64,000 nt of DNA, taken from positions 32,001-96,000 of the IMG/VR virus record IMGVR_UViG_3300027976_000006. The stretch is one strand, 5' to 3'. A program made the translations under genes and the position numbers. The stretch comes from a virus. A model generated the notes under the pieces. The model was not told the DNA's origin. It saw only the letters and a program-made list of their open reading frames with translations, and searched no databases. Positions 49,701 to 58,104 of the stretch are shown here, piece by piece. Each line of letters starts with the position of its first letter. The stretch's first letter is position 1.

Positions 49701-49829
49701 CGGCTTATGCATCGAATAGAAAAGAAAGCCGAAGAAAAGCAAGCTATAGCCGCTCTTGTTAAAGCTTTGTCCGTGAGCGGGGCAAAAGCTTTAATGTCAC
49801 GATTAGAAAGTTACGCAGGGCAACGATGA
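46758..49829 (+). CDS. Large Gly/Ala-rich putative virion/ejection polyprotein
   Basis: Many GxxxG helices separated by KTAA, KSAE, KIAE, KKAG, KQAG, KLAS, KQSS, EKRG, EKKAEEKQA. Confidence 0.65.
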   Translation: MYEYTEKAGDAAAKTEKTAALEDTKLGIPISAAIAGGLGGGLYGGLKGLISPGEYETTDEEGQKVKKKRNRLIAALQGSLYSGALGAGAGALGGTAFNAATSADPQRTPYTDAYRSLLVGQGLANNYKSAEAGQDSKPSAMSYIPGIGGFLSGIANPMVRKSDIGIDSLAGILKPIAAPIAAVNEGVAGLIGGMAGGLGGGMIGRLGGKALKTLLSKLTKNSLKPTVLTKLNPGEFRSIPRVPTGAAEGVHKLVDKFDDNSGILGFLGGASLGTHGGASAYRSLKDWAINYADKLKPKLEDTITMPEKIAEWASAPSFSANVPLPQKLNPLVAGRKSSTTKADANGVREALAKLGAYDSASLAVSAAGDSKGSKYKQQDEDHATGAAAFDSLDKYRRMTKKAGMTQFQTKFFERFILEGKSAQQLQAVVKQAGEQFGSKIGKELARGFKKLASAGLAGARWFARATGSPTGAAAQRPSQQGLPSAGGFGFSQLPAAMTNFGKRVGEAFPGSKDYMGMGGAAFDGVKGALPGMGQQLQQAATKGVEGWVKQPGVFTNPAEVWRRRNQAQGVQKTLGDITTGMGKLMGKQSSEKRGANWAALGKGALKYMGMGAGKPGAEVANTFRHAMGTAGTTAGGAALKVLKNPVLQGRAGTGAVTGAINPMTGLLSQDENRSWGDYLTSAGLSGLAGAGAGVLGGKGTQKMMGRMQAGGNLGFMGDMAADLAGYDTGGRLGQIGFLGGAALPAKVPQWLGQKATQMGGGRVGTNIPGRAGDTAKLMNSVDYLSKGQNWVLGKGRQGAGLGYQAAKANPLMAAGLGTAGLGGTYGLHQLGRAADAAEGMRGDANAQMSALRQQVAGMGGMGGMGQFFNENKHWLMPALLAGGGALAGGAMGGGGGAALGGLGLPALYAMHQSGMFGGGGGGGGGGGGGGGVDLYRPESNGGRDLIQLQFQNAQEDTNRQIVARTRDPRIAVPKTASANAVRLMHRIEKKAEEKQAIAALVKALSVSGAKALMSRLESYAGQR

Positions 49830-49868
49830 CCTCTACAGAGCACGATCTGGGGGAATACCAAGCTGTGT

Positions 49869-50159
49869 GTTGAGTAAGTAGCTGTGTAGGTCGCAAGGCG
49901 GATTGGAAAGATCCGACTCATGCCTAACAGCTAGGTGCATTTATGCTAAAGAATAAATGTACAGAACGCTGCTGGGACAAACCCTTGCGGACAGTGTTTC
50001 GGGCAGTTGGAATGGTGGCAGTTTTTCGAGGGTCCTCGGCTCCCAGGCTTCCTTTCACCCTCCCACCGTACAACTTGAGACCGCTGGCACCGCGCAGAGT
50101 GTCACGTTTCTACGAGGAAAGGCGGAAACGCTAGACCGGGTGCGACTGCCTAGCTCGAC
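49869..50159 (+). ncRNA. Candidate ~290-nt structured RNA
   Basis: Closing GTTGAGT/GCTCGAC; AGCTGT/ACAGCT; CGGAT/ATCCG; TGCATTTAT/ATAAATGTA; CTGGGA/TCCCAG. Confidence 0.5.
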
Positions 50160-50177
50160 TTAAATTCTGGATTTTAA
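50160..50177. promoter_or_regulatory. Palindromic motif variant TTAAATTCTGGATTTTAA
   Basis: 13 nt before ATG 50191. Confidence 0.55.
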
Positions 50178-50190
50178 AAGGTGGTTAAGA

Positions 50191-50730
50191 ATGAGACACG
50201 CAAGTTTACCTTACCACCTTTATCTGAATGTGGACAATAGCTATCTTGGTCCTGATATGCCAAAAGGCATGACACTTTGTATATGGCACGCTTCTTACGG
50301 CAGGCTTGGGCAAATGTTGATGTGCCATGTTTTATTAGAATCTGGGGCACACTGGAGTGGGTTACCGCTGCATGCACTATCCAACACTACTAATTTTTCT
50401 CTTTTACCTGAACAAGTAATGCCTTGGGCAGCTATGGGGGAATCCCTAGAGATTGAACTCTTCCCGCTGTTGGAAGGTTTGCAAACAAAGATTATGCAGC
50501 CGTTTAGCGGAGAGGGAAGACATACTGGTATGATCTTCGACTGGAAAGACGGTTACAGCCGTTATCCCCAAGAGCATAAGCCCCTCAACCTAATACAGAC
50601 CGACGATGGGCAACTAGCTTTGTTGCCAAACAATTTTATACTCTTAAGTGATAAGCATTTTGTGTCAGAAGACGCAAAGCTAAACCTTAAAAATTATAAA
50701 CGCGGGGCTATAACGCATTGGGGGACTTGA
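50191..50730 (+). CDS. Conserved phage hypothetical protein
   Basis: HVLLESGA.W..LPLHA, QEHK, GQLALLPNN motifs. Confidence 0.75.
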   Translation: MRHASLPYHLYLNVDNSYLGPDMPKGMTLCIWHASYGRLGQMLMCHVLLESGAHWSGLPLHALSNTTNFSLLPEQVMPWAAMGESLEIELFPLLEGLQTKIMQPFSGEGRHTGMIFDWKDGYSRYPQEHKPLNLIQTDDGQLALLPNNFILLSDKHFVSEDAKLNLKNYKRGAITHWGT

Positions 50731-50784
50731 TAAAATAACGCCTTGCTACTATGGTGCGGTTGGCTATAGAAGGTATAATGCCTT

Positions 50785-50945
50785 TTGCTGCTAAGTTGGT
50801 GCAGCTATTCTCTCTTCACGGATGAAGGAGGTCGGCATGAATACTTTTGTGAAAGGTAGGTGATCCGTATCTCGGTCGGGCTTGTCCCGGAGATACGAAT
50901 TTCTGGGATGGGCTCGATTTGTTTAACAGCACGGGTCTGTTGACA
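50785..50945. ncRNA. Candidate structured intergenic RNA/leader
   Basis: CTTCA/TGAAG, TACTTT/AAGGTA, CGTATCTC/GAGATACG, TTAACAG/CTGTTGA. Confidence 0.4.
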
Positions 50946-51009
50946 TAAAGTAATAAGGTTAGTTATTATTAATGTTTGATCATACAAGACAATAACAAGG
51001 AGTAGTGGT

Positions 51010-52140
51010 ATGTCATTAGCAAAAGTAGCCAGTTATTACAGAATTAAAGTGGCTCGTCATTTGATTAATATCGTTTCGTTGCGGCAAGAGCTGGGTACTT
51101 ACAATGTAAACGGGCTGTTAAAAGCTGCGTCTGCGGGGCAGAGCAAAGAAGCTTGTTTGCGCTATGCGGGATTACACACGGCTATACTTTTTGAGCAGCG
51201 AGAGCTGGAGAAGCTCGGAGCAGTGGGCGGGTATAACTCGCAAATGCGAAAAGTGGCCGTTGGCAACTATGGCAGCATACCACCTGGAGGATTCAAAGAT
51301 TACCCGAAGCCAGCAACTCCAGCCCCTGATGCGATAAGAGCACAGGCAAGTAAGCCCGTCTCTAGTTATACACCGGATGCGATAAGAGCACAGGCAAGTA
51401 AGCCCGCACCTAGTTACACGCCTGGGCAAATTGACGATGGTGGTAGGGGTTTTGAGATGGACCGCCTAAATAAGACGGATACAGGCAATCGGCAACAAGC
51501 AGTACTTGACGCAAATCGGGCTGGTCGCCAAAACTTGCCCTCTGGTATGCTAGATCTTAATGCTAATATGCTGGGGAATCACAGCAAACTTCCAGACGCC
51601 CCAACCAGAGGTCAGCTTGCTGATGATGTCGCAGGGACAAGCACAGCAGCTCGGAGGGCAGCAATGGCACAAGCCGGTACAAATGTCGGGGGTGGCTTCC
51701 CTGTAGGCACAAATGGTAGAGTGGCGGGCACAAATGTCGGGGGCGGGCCGGCGGAAGGATTTGCAGCGGCGCAAGCGGCACAAGCGGTGGCAGCTGCCCC
51801 AGCTACATCCGTTCCTGCATCTGTGATTCCTAAGCCGGAGCAGGGCACTGCAAATGCAACGAGTGGATTAGGCTATGATCCGACAGGGTCCGGCAGCGCA
51901 GGAAGGTATTCCGAAACAGCAGACCCCGTAGAGGAGGCTTACACTAGGAGTCTAGGGGCATCGGGTTATGCGGGGCATGTCAGCGACACTGAAACACAAC
52001 CCGAAGCACAACCCGAAGCACAACCCGTGTCACAAGTGCAACAGGGGCGTGGTAGGCGCGGTGGGCGTGGTGGTCCAATACGCAATATGATAGGTAATGT
52101 GCAGCAAGGCCAAGGGCTATTTGGTAGGCGAGGCCGGTAA
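51010..52140 (+). CDS. Putative virion protein, K-x-A-rich N-terminus and disordered C-terminus
   Basis: KVAS, KVAR, KAAS, KEAC, EKLG, KVAV; RGG-like tail. Confidence 0.65.
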   Translation: MSLAKVASYYRIKVARHLINIVSLRQELGTYNVNGLLKAASAGQSKEACLRYAGLHTAILFEQRELEKLGAVGGYNSQMRKVAVGNYGSIPPGGFKDYPKPATPAPDAIRAQASKPVSSYTPDAIRAQASKPAPSYTPGQIDDGGRGFEMDRLNKTDTGNRQQAVLDANRAGRQNLPSGMLDLNANMLGNHSKLPDAPTRGQLADDVAGTSTAARRAAMAQAGTNVGGGFPVGTNGRVAGTNVGGGPAEGFAAAQAAQAVAAAPATSVPASVIPKPEQGTANATSGLGYDPTGSGSAGRYSETADPVEEAYTRSLGASGYAGHVSDTETQPEAQPEAQPVSQVQQGRGRRGGRGGPIRNMIGNVQQGQGLFGRRGR

Positions 52141-52182
52141 TTAAAATTGAACTTAGCTGATATTTTTATGTTGAGGTGAATT

Positions 52183-52845
52183 ATGTCGAAGTATGCAATG
52201 GAAAAACAAGCTTTTCACGCTAACCGCTTGTCTAGCTTAAACGCAGAAATAGCCCGTTACAACCCAGCCAGTTTGTTGAAGCAAGCGTCAACTTACCCAA
52301 CTACACATAACAAGCAGTTGTGTACTTATTACCTTGCATTAACTAAGCAGGCAGCCTTTGAGAAGAAAGCATTTCTAAAGGCAATTTTAAAAGCTTTGAT
52401 GAAACCAAAGATTAGTCTACTTCCTGCCGCTGGTCTACTGGGGGCATATAGCTACGGGCCAAGTGCAATCAAGGCGACTGGTAGTGCAATTGGTGGTGCT
52501 GCAGATGCTGCTGTGGAAGGAACACAAAATCTTCTACACAGAGCTGGAAGAGGATGGCAAGGGCTGTGGTCAGATCCGACGAGTGATATGTCAAGCAAAG
52601 GTATAAATAAAAAAGTAGAAGAAAGTCTTAAGCCTGTGACTAAACCTACCGGGATACAGCTAGCGCCAAAAACCCGTTGGGTGCAGGTAGACGATGACTC
52701 ATTAAGTCCGGAGCAGAGACGCAGATATTATACTGAGGGTGCCAACACTGGATTTGAAGATTATCAAATTAGCCCAGCAACACGTGGGCAAGTGCCTTAT
52801 AGAAGGCCTCCTACTTATCCTGGGTATTATAGTGGTAATCATTAG
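52183..52845 (+). CDS. Putative virion protein with K-x-A motifs
   Basis: EKQAF, KQAS, KQAA, EKKAF. Confidence 0.65.
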   Translation: MSKYAMEKQAFHANRLSSLNAEIARYNPASLLKQASTYPTTHNKQLCTYYLALTKQAAFEKKAFLKAILKALMKPKISLLPAAGLLGAYSYGPSAIKATGSAIGGAADAAVEGTQNLLHRAGRGWQGLWSDPTSDMSSKGINKKVEESLKPVTKPTGIQLAPKTRWVQVDDDSLSPEQRRRYYTEGANTGFEDYQISPATRGQVPYRRPPTYPGYYSGNH

Positions 52846-53079
52846 TTTTTTGTTAAAAATGTTGACAATTATTTAGCTTAACCAAATCACATCTTGCTTC
52901 ATTTGTGCGATTGTTATAGGCTCGTTTAAAGTCAAATAAGCTCTGTTTGCTAACTTTCACCAGCGTCGCACCGTCATGGAGGATTTGCGTATGTCGGTTA
53001 AGCTTAAGCAGAATATCCACATCCAAGTCATACCCCCTTGTTCCGTGCTTGGGTGACACCTAGCGTTTTGAGGTGTCTA

Positions 53080-53496
53080 ATGAAACTTTTTTGGGCTGGT
53101 TTATTCTTGTTCGCTGGCCTAGTCGTGTGGGGAATTTTTCCCGACCCATCCTCAAATGTATTTATACCCCCTGAGCCACCTTCGCAAATTGCGGAAATGG
53201 TATCACATCACCACGCAATATTTGAAGGGCCTCGCTCGGGCAAGTGGCCAACGGTTAGGCAGCGGTTTATTGCAGTGCACTCTCGTTGTGCGGCGTGTGG
53301 TAGCCCCCTTAACTTAAATGTCCATCATTTGATTAGTTTTCACGAACAACCAGAGTTGGAGTTAGATCCAGATAACTTAATTACTTTATGCCGCTTGCAC
53401 CATTTTTTGCTGGGGCATTCCAGTAACTGGTCAGACACTAACGAAAACTGCAAGGAAGCAGTTAAAGTTTATCGTCGTTTGCATCCGTGGAAATAG
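53080..53496 (+). CDS. HNH endonuclease with N-terminal hydrophobic segment
   Basis: CAACG, VHH, NLITLC, HH. Confidence 0.8.
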   Translation: MKLFWAGLFLFAGLVVWGIFPDPSSNVFIPPEPPSQIAEMVSHHHAIFEGPRSGKWPTVRQRFIAVHSRCAACGSPLNLNVHHLISFHEQPELELDPDNLITLCRLHHFLLGHSSNWSDTNENCKEAVKVYRRLHPWK

Positions 53497-53521
53497 GCTG
53501 TTAATTACCAAGGAGGGTGAT

Positions 53522-53872
53522 ATGGCTAATAGAATAGATAAACGAAATACAAAGTTTCATGATGTTTTGCGAATGCTACGCAAAGAGTGTAAAGTAGCTA
53601 GACCTATAAAGGTAGTAAGTAAGGATTTAAACAAGGAAAAGTTATGTGGCTGCTGCATAGCCTATTTAGACAAGTATGGCGGGGTAAGTCGTTTCGTCAT
53701 TGAAGTTGATAACAATCTTGCTCCGGTTACCGCGATCGACACGCTTTTACACGAATGGGCGCATGCGTTAAACCAAGTGGCTAATGGAGTCACAGGTGAA
53801 CCACACAGTGGCAGCTGGGGTAAATGTTACGCACGTGTGTGGCGTTCTTATGTCACAAAAATAATTGATTAA
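53522..53872 (+). CDS. HEXXH zinc metallopeptidase-like (SprT-like)
   Basis: TLLHEWAHA...H...W. Confidence 0.75.
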   Translation: MANRIDKRNTKFHDVLRMLRKECKVARPIKVVSKDLNKEKLCGCCIAYLDKYGGVSRFVIEVDNNLAPVTAIDTLLHEWAHALNQVANGVTGEPHSGSWGKCYARVWRSYVTKIID

Positions 53873-53950
53873 TTTATTTGACTATGCCCTTTTAAATAGG
53901 TACAAATTATCTGCTTTAGGCTGCCTATGTACTAAATCCAAGGAGGGTAT

Positions 53951-54724
53951 ATGGCTTGGTACAATCGAGAAGACAAAGAAATTATTAATTTTATGGTTCT
54001 TGGAAATCAACACTCTGGGTATGGTTTATTACAATCTTCCTTAGCCGCGCATCCTGATATAGTATGCCACGGTGATTTACTTCACGACGACGAAAAGATT
54101 AGAAAAATTGAGCATTCCATGTACTTTGGAACGGCGGATAAGGTCACTGATCACTTTGATCCATCACATCTTAGTGTAGAACAATACTTTAATAACAAAA
54201 TTTTTGATAACATTTTTCACGGCGAAAAAGCCGTAGGTGTAAAGGTAAGCTACGATCATTTACGCCGCTACGATTTGTGGGAGTACATTGATCAGCGATG
54301 CCGCCAAGGTGATTTCTGTCTGGTGCATGTTGTCCGTAACCCGATTTCTTGCTATGTGGCCTGGAAACAGCAACACGTACTTAGCCGAGTTGAAAGCGGC
54401 AGCCGAGAACGATTGCCGGCTATTTGGGTGGACGCAGCAGAATTGACACAATTTGTACGGGAGCATGCGGCCACCGCAGCAAAAATAAATCGACTTTGTC
54501 CTGATCGCGCAATTATTCCTTACCACGAATTGATTTTAGATTTTCGCGGCGTGTTGGAAAAGTTGCTAGAATTCTTAGAATTGAAGTTTAGCTCAGTGTG
54601 TTTGCCTAACCAAAAGCGGGCACAGTGTAAGGATATACGCAGCCGGGTGACGAATTGGACAGATTTAAAAAATACAGTTCCTCGTGATGTTCTTGAATAT
54701 GCGGATAGCCCGACTTTATTTTAA
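53951..54724 (+). CDS. Sulfotransferase-like protein (Stf0/Sulfotransfer type)
   Basis: FMVLG..HSG..LL..L.AHP, VGVK, HVVRNP, YHEL. Confidence 0.7.
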   Translation: MAWYNREDKEIINFMVLGNQHSGYGLLQSSLAAHPDIVCHGDLLHDDEKIRKIEHSMYFGTADKVTDHFDPSHLSVEQYFNNKIFDNIFHGEKAVGVKVSYDHLRRYDLWEYIDQRCRQGDFCLVHVVRNPISCYVAWKQQHVLSRVESGSRERLPAIWVDAAELTQFVREHAATAAKINRLCPDRAIIPYHELILDFRGVLEKLLEFLELKFSSVCLPNQKRAQCKDIRSRVTNWTDLKNTVPRDVLEYADSPTLF

Positions 54725-54735
54725 AAGGAGTAAGT

Positions 54736-55497
54736 GTGGCCGAGAACAATAAAGCAGAAAAACAAAGGGTGTGCATTGTTTGTATTGCCAAGGACGAGGA
54801 CAGAACCATACAAGAATGGGTGGATTACCACCTCAAATTAGGCTTTGATAAAATTTTTATTTACCAAAACGACTGGACTTGCCCCATTGAATGTGCCCAG
54901 CTTGTGAAACTGCGCGCGGATGGAAATGAGCGGCAGATGCCGGCGTACAATCATTGGCTTTCATCCGGATACCGAAACGATTTTGATTGGGTAGCAATTA
55001 TCGACTGTGACGAGTTTATTGTGTTGCACAAACACAAAACCATATCGGAATTTATTTCTGAATTTGATGTAACCAGTACGGCTGGCGTGTCCGCAAATTG
55101 GGTTATGTTCGGTAGCGGGGGCCAACAATTACCAACCCCAAACCCAGAAAGTCTTATTAAAAGATTTACATTCAGACAAAAAGACCCATATGCGGTTGTA
55201 AAGCCGATACTTAATTTAAAAATGAAATTCAGCATACCTAATCCACATTATCCAAGCCTACCCACCATTGATACTAATCACAGAAAATTTGTAGGGGCAT
55301 ACAACCCAGATGGTCCAATTGATATCATTCAGATAAATCATTACCAACATAAATCCAGACAAGAATGGATTGAAAGGATTCAGCGTGGGTCGGCTGACGG
55401 GCGTCCCAAGCAAATGGATAATTGGGACAAAGAAAGCCATAGTTATCACGATGTCGAAGATTTAAAAGCATTAAATTTCCTTTATGGGGGGCATTAA
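54736..55497 (+). CDS. Glycosyltransferase (GT92/Glyco_tranf_2_4-like)
   Basis: IAKDE, EWVDYHLKLGFD, IDCDEF, INHY. Confidence 0.85.
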   Translation: MAENNKAEKQRVCIVCIAKDEDRTIQEWVDYHLKLGFDKIFIYQNDWTCPIECAQLVKLRADGNERQMPAYNHWLSSGYRNDFDWVAIIDCDEFIVLHKHKTISEFISEFDVTSTAGVSANWVMFGSGGQQLPTPNPESLIKRFTFRQKDPYAVVKPILNLKMKFSIPNPHYPSLPTIDTNHRKFVGAYNPDGPIDIIQINHYQHKSRQEWIERIQRGSADGRPKQMDNWDKESHSYHDVEDLKALNFLYGGH

Positions 55498-55499
55498 GC

Positions 55500-56153
55500 A
55501 TGATCAAGTTAGACCGAGCAACTATCTTGTACGGCGAAAAACAATGGAAGCAATATCAAAAGGATATGCTCCTTGTGTTAATGGAAGCTAATGCGGGTCA
55601 GAATATTACACTGCAGGTTCCCGTTCCAGAGTCATATCCATGCCTAGTTTATTTGCCGCATACGCCAACAGCTATTTCAGACACATTAACCATTAATTGC
55701 TGTTACATTTACACCGAGGAGCCAGAAAAACTGCTAGAGAAGTTAAAAACGGAGGGCACACTCGATCTTACCTCGCTTGCCCGTAAACTTAGATGTTACG
55801 GTTACGTAGCGCCTCAAGCTAGTTTAGATGCGTCCGACGAAGCCGACGAAGTTGTTTTTGATGATGACAATTATCAGCCAACTGAAGATTCTTTTGAAAG
55901 TGACGCTGCCGAGCTTCAAGATGAATTCAGGGATAAGCCGGCTGTCGCAAAATCTTATGTCCCCACATCGGCGGCTGTGCTACTGTTGTCCTTAGTTGTC
56001 GAGTTACGCAGCATAGGTGCTTTACGCCTAGACCACATGCTAGACACAGTAAAAGAAATAGAACAATGGATGACAGCCAATCAAGAAGAAAACTCGCAGC
56101 TTAATGCACTGGAATTATTAAAAAGGCTATGGGACGAACAGACTGATCGATAA
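55500..56153 (+). CDS. Hypothetical protein
   Basis: 217 aa. Confidence 0.75.
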   Translation: MIKLDRATILYGEKQWKQYQKDMLLVLMEANAGQNITLQVPVPESYPCLVYLPHTPTAISDTLTINCCYIYTEEPEKLLEKLKTEGTLDLTSLARKLRCYGYVAPQASLDASDEADEVVFDDDNYQPTEDSFESDAAELQDEFRDKPAVAKSYVPTSAAVLLLSLVVELRSIGALRLDHMLDTVKEIEQWMTANQEENSQLNALELLKRLWDEQTDR

Positions 56154-56172
56154 GATTATTGCTCAGCGCGGT

Positions 56173-56407
56173 ATTCTACTGTATTTCCTACTCTTGTCGT
56201 TGCGACACCTATCCCGGTATAATCAGCTTAAGTGGCTTTATCGCAGGTGCCGATAGGTTAGGAGATGCAACACAGCTAGGATAGACGTGATTTGCATCGG
56301 GATAGCTGGGCGAGTGAAAAACAGCCAGCTGGTGGAGTTTCAGTCGCACCTTATGACTGTTACAGGCGGAACGCTTCCGCACCGGGCTTGAGGGAGGGGA
56401 TCTCAAG
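56173..56407 (+). ncRNA. Candidate ~235-nt structured RNA with alternative pairing
   Basis: TGTATTTCCTA/TAGGAGATGCA, TGTCG/CGACA, CCTATC/GATAGG, AGCTGG/CCAGCT, CAGTC/GACTG, GCGGAA/TTCCGC, CTTGAG/CTCAAG. Confidence 0.55.
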
Positions 56408-56434
56408 GGGTCACTTCACTATTTTTATGTAAGG

Positions 56435-56788
56435 ATGCCGCTAAGCATGACAAGTACGCAATATCAAGTTTTAACTAATGTACAAGAACGGCTAATGCAG
56501 CAGACAGCCTCAATTGATACTACCCTGGGGCATATGAGCCAAGATATTAATATTTTGTGTAAGTTGGTGCGCGACGGGAACGGACAGCCTTCCATTTTGC
56601 AGCGATTAACTCAAGCCGAAATAGTCCTTGCGGGGCAGATTAAATCACTGGAAGAAATTGGCCGGCATGCTAATTCTATAACGGCATCTCGCATGCTGAC
56701 ACACACCCAGTTAATAGTAGGATTATCAGGTATGATTCTTACTGTGCTGCTCTCCTCATTTTCGGTTTATGCCGCATTTATAAAATAA
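56435..56788 (+). CDS. Coiled-coil protein with C-terminal TM helix
   Basis: DGNGQP motif, hydrophobic tail. Confidence 0.7.
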   Translation: MPLSMTSTQYQVLTNVQERLMQQTASIDTTLGHMSQDINILCKLVRDGNGQPSILQRLTQAEIVLAGQIKSLEEIGRHANSITASRMLTHTQLIVGLSGMILTVLLSSFSVYAAFIK

Positions 56789-56801
56789 GTTAGGAGTTTT
56801 T

Positions 56802-57371
56802 ATGAGTTTGCTTTTTACAGTGGACATTCCAGATTATAGACATTTGCTGTTGTACGATGTCGTAAGTTGTCCCGAGAAGCGAGCTGAAGTAAAAATGACT
56901 GGGTTGTTACAGGTTACTAGTTCTGGTTATCTAATTATTGGTGTGCCTACTGCCTTAGTTCGTGGAATTTTTGATGCTATGCACGAGCCTGGTATTTCTT
57001 TGCCCAATGCGGTAGACGAAGGAGCTTTGCGTGCCGGGATCGTGGTGATGACCCCTGCCGAGCTTGAGCAGGCAGGCGGTTCTGATTACATTAGCGAAAG
57101 AGGCAAGAACTTTACTTACTATCTTGGCGGGCTTAAAGAGACACAAGCCATAGGTTGGCCCGGTGTCTCCACTTGTTGGCACATGAAAATAAAGTCGCCA
57201 GATTTAGGTAAATTACGCCGAAGCTACGGGCTGCCCACTAAAGTCGAAGGAGACTCCGACTTTTCTATTGTGGTGGCGGTACGAAAAACCGGTGTACTGG
57301 CTGGCAATGCTGCGAGTAAAGTTATGAAGCAGAAGGATTCGCAGAAGCTTCCAAGTTGGACGCTGCCTTAA
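56802..57371 (+). CDS. 2H-phosphoesterase-like protein lacking catalytic histidines
   Basis: AGIVVM and FSIVVA at HxT positions; LRRSYGL before second motif. Confidence 0.5.
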   Translation: MSLLFTVDIPDYRHLLLYDVVSCPEKRAEVKMTGLLQVTSSGYLIIGVPTALVRGIFDAMHEPGISLPNAVDEGALRAGIVVMTPAELEQAGGSDYISERGKNFTYYLGGLKETQAIGWPGVSTCWHMKIKSPDLGKLRRSYGLPTKVEGDSDFSIVVAVRKTGVLAGNAASKVMKQKDSQKLPSWTLP

Positions 57372-57534
57372 GCTTATCTTGGATTAACTTGGCTATCTCG
57401 TGGCGGTGTACTACAATTTCTCGTGGAGCTTTTATCCCAATTTGAATTTTGTCCCCACGGATGCCGACAATGGTAATGGAGATGTTATCACTAATTTGAA
57501 TACTTTCGCCTTTTTTTCTACTTAACACTAGCAT
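57322..57534 (-). CDS. csrA: Carbon storage regulator
   Basis: MLVLSRKKGESI...IGIKAPREIVVHRHEI. Confidence 0.95.
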   Translation of the reverse strand: MLVLSRKKGESIQISDNISITIVGIRGDKIQIGIKAPREIVVHRHEIAKLIQDKLKAASNLEASANPSAS

Positions 57535-57619
57535 TTGAGGTATCCTTCCTTAGAACGGGAATGCCGAGAATTTTACTACATTACTTATTTAGCAAGAAGA
57601 AGTCAAGTAAGGAGTTGCC

Positions 57620-58057
57620 ATGGAAGCTTTTCTTCAGAGGTTGCGTACTGATGCAAACTTAGCTTACAAAGCGGCGGCTAGCCACAATGGTTGGTATATC
57701 GGCGACTCGCATATAAAAGGTAAAGGTATTTTTGCCTCCAAGGATTTTAATGAAGGTGCTCAGATTGGGCAAGGCGGTGCGGCGGGCGGTGAAGATGAAT
57801 TTGGGTCTAAAATCTGGAATTTAACGGAGTTGGCCCGTTATTGTAACCATCAGTGGAAATCGAACGTTGACATAAAGAAAAATAATGATCAGCTTGATTT
57901 AATCGCTAATAAAAAAATTAATAAAGATGAGGAAATTGTGGCGGATTATTCACAAATTTCTCGGGCGCTCGGAGCTAGATCCCGCATGCTGTGGCAGGGT
58001 AAAGATGTTCCTACTACAGATTTTTCGGACTATACTGAGAAAGACGCGCGTAATTAA
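57620..58057 (+). CDS. SET domain protein
   Basis: GKGIFA, RYCNH, N, EEIVADY. Confidence 0.85.
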   Translation: MEAFLQRLRTDANLAYKAAASHNGWYIGDSHIKGKGIFASKDFNEGAQIGQGGAAGGEDEFGSKIWNLTELARYCNHQWKSNVDIKKNNDQLDLIANKKINKDEEIVADYSQISRALGARSRMLWQGKDVPTTDFSDYTEKDARN

Positions 58058-58104
58058 TAAGTAAACCTGTCTCGACAATAACAACATTTAACTAGGAGAT
58101 ATCC

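Noticed and set aside
49869-50159. tmRNA, tRNA or RNase P RNA call
   Set aside because: No proper T-arm/CCA end or tag frame; GAGGAAAG and ACAGAA occur in the wrong order for RNase P
56173-58104. Cobalamin riboswitch for nrdJ
   Set aside because: No B12-box seen and the structured region is not adjacent to nrdJ
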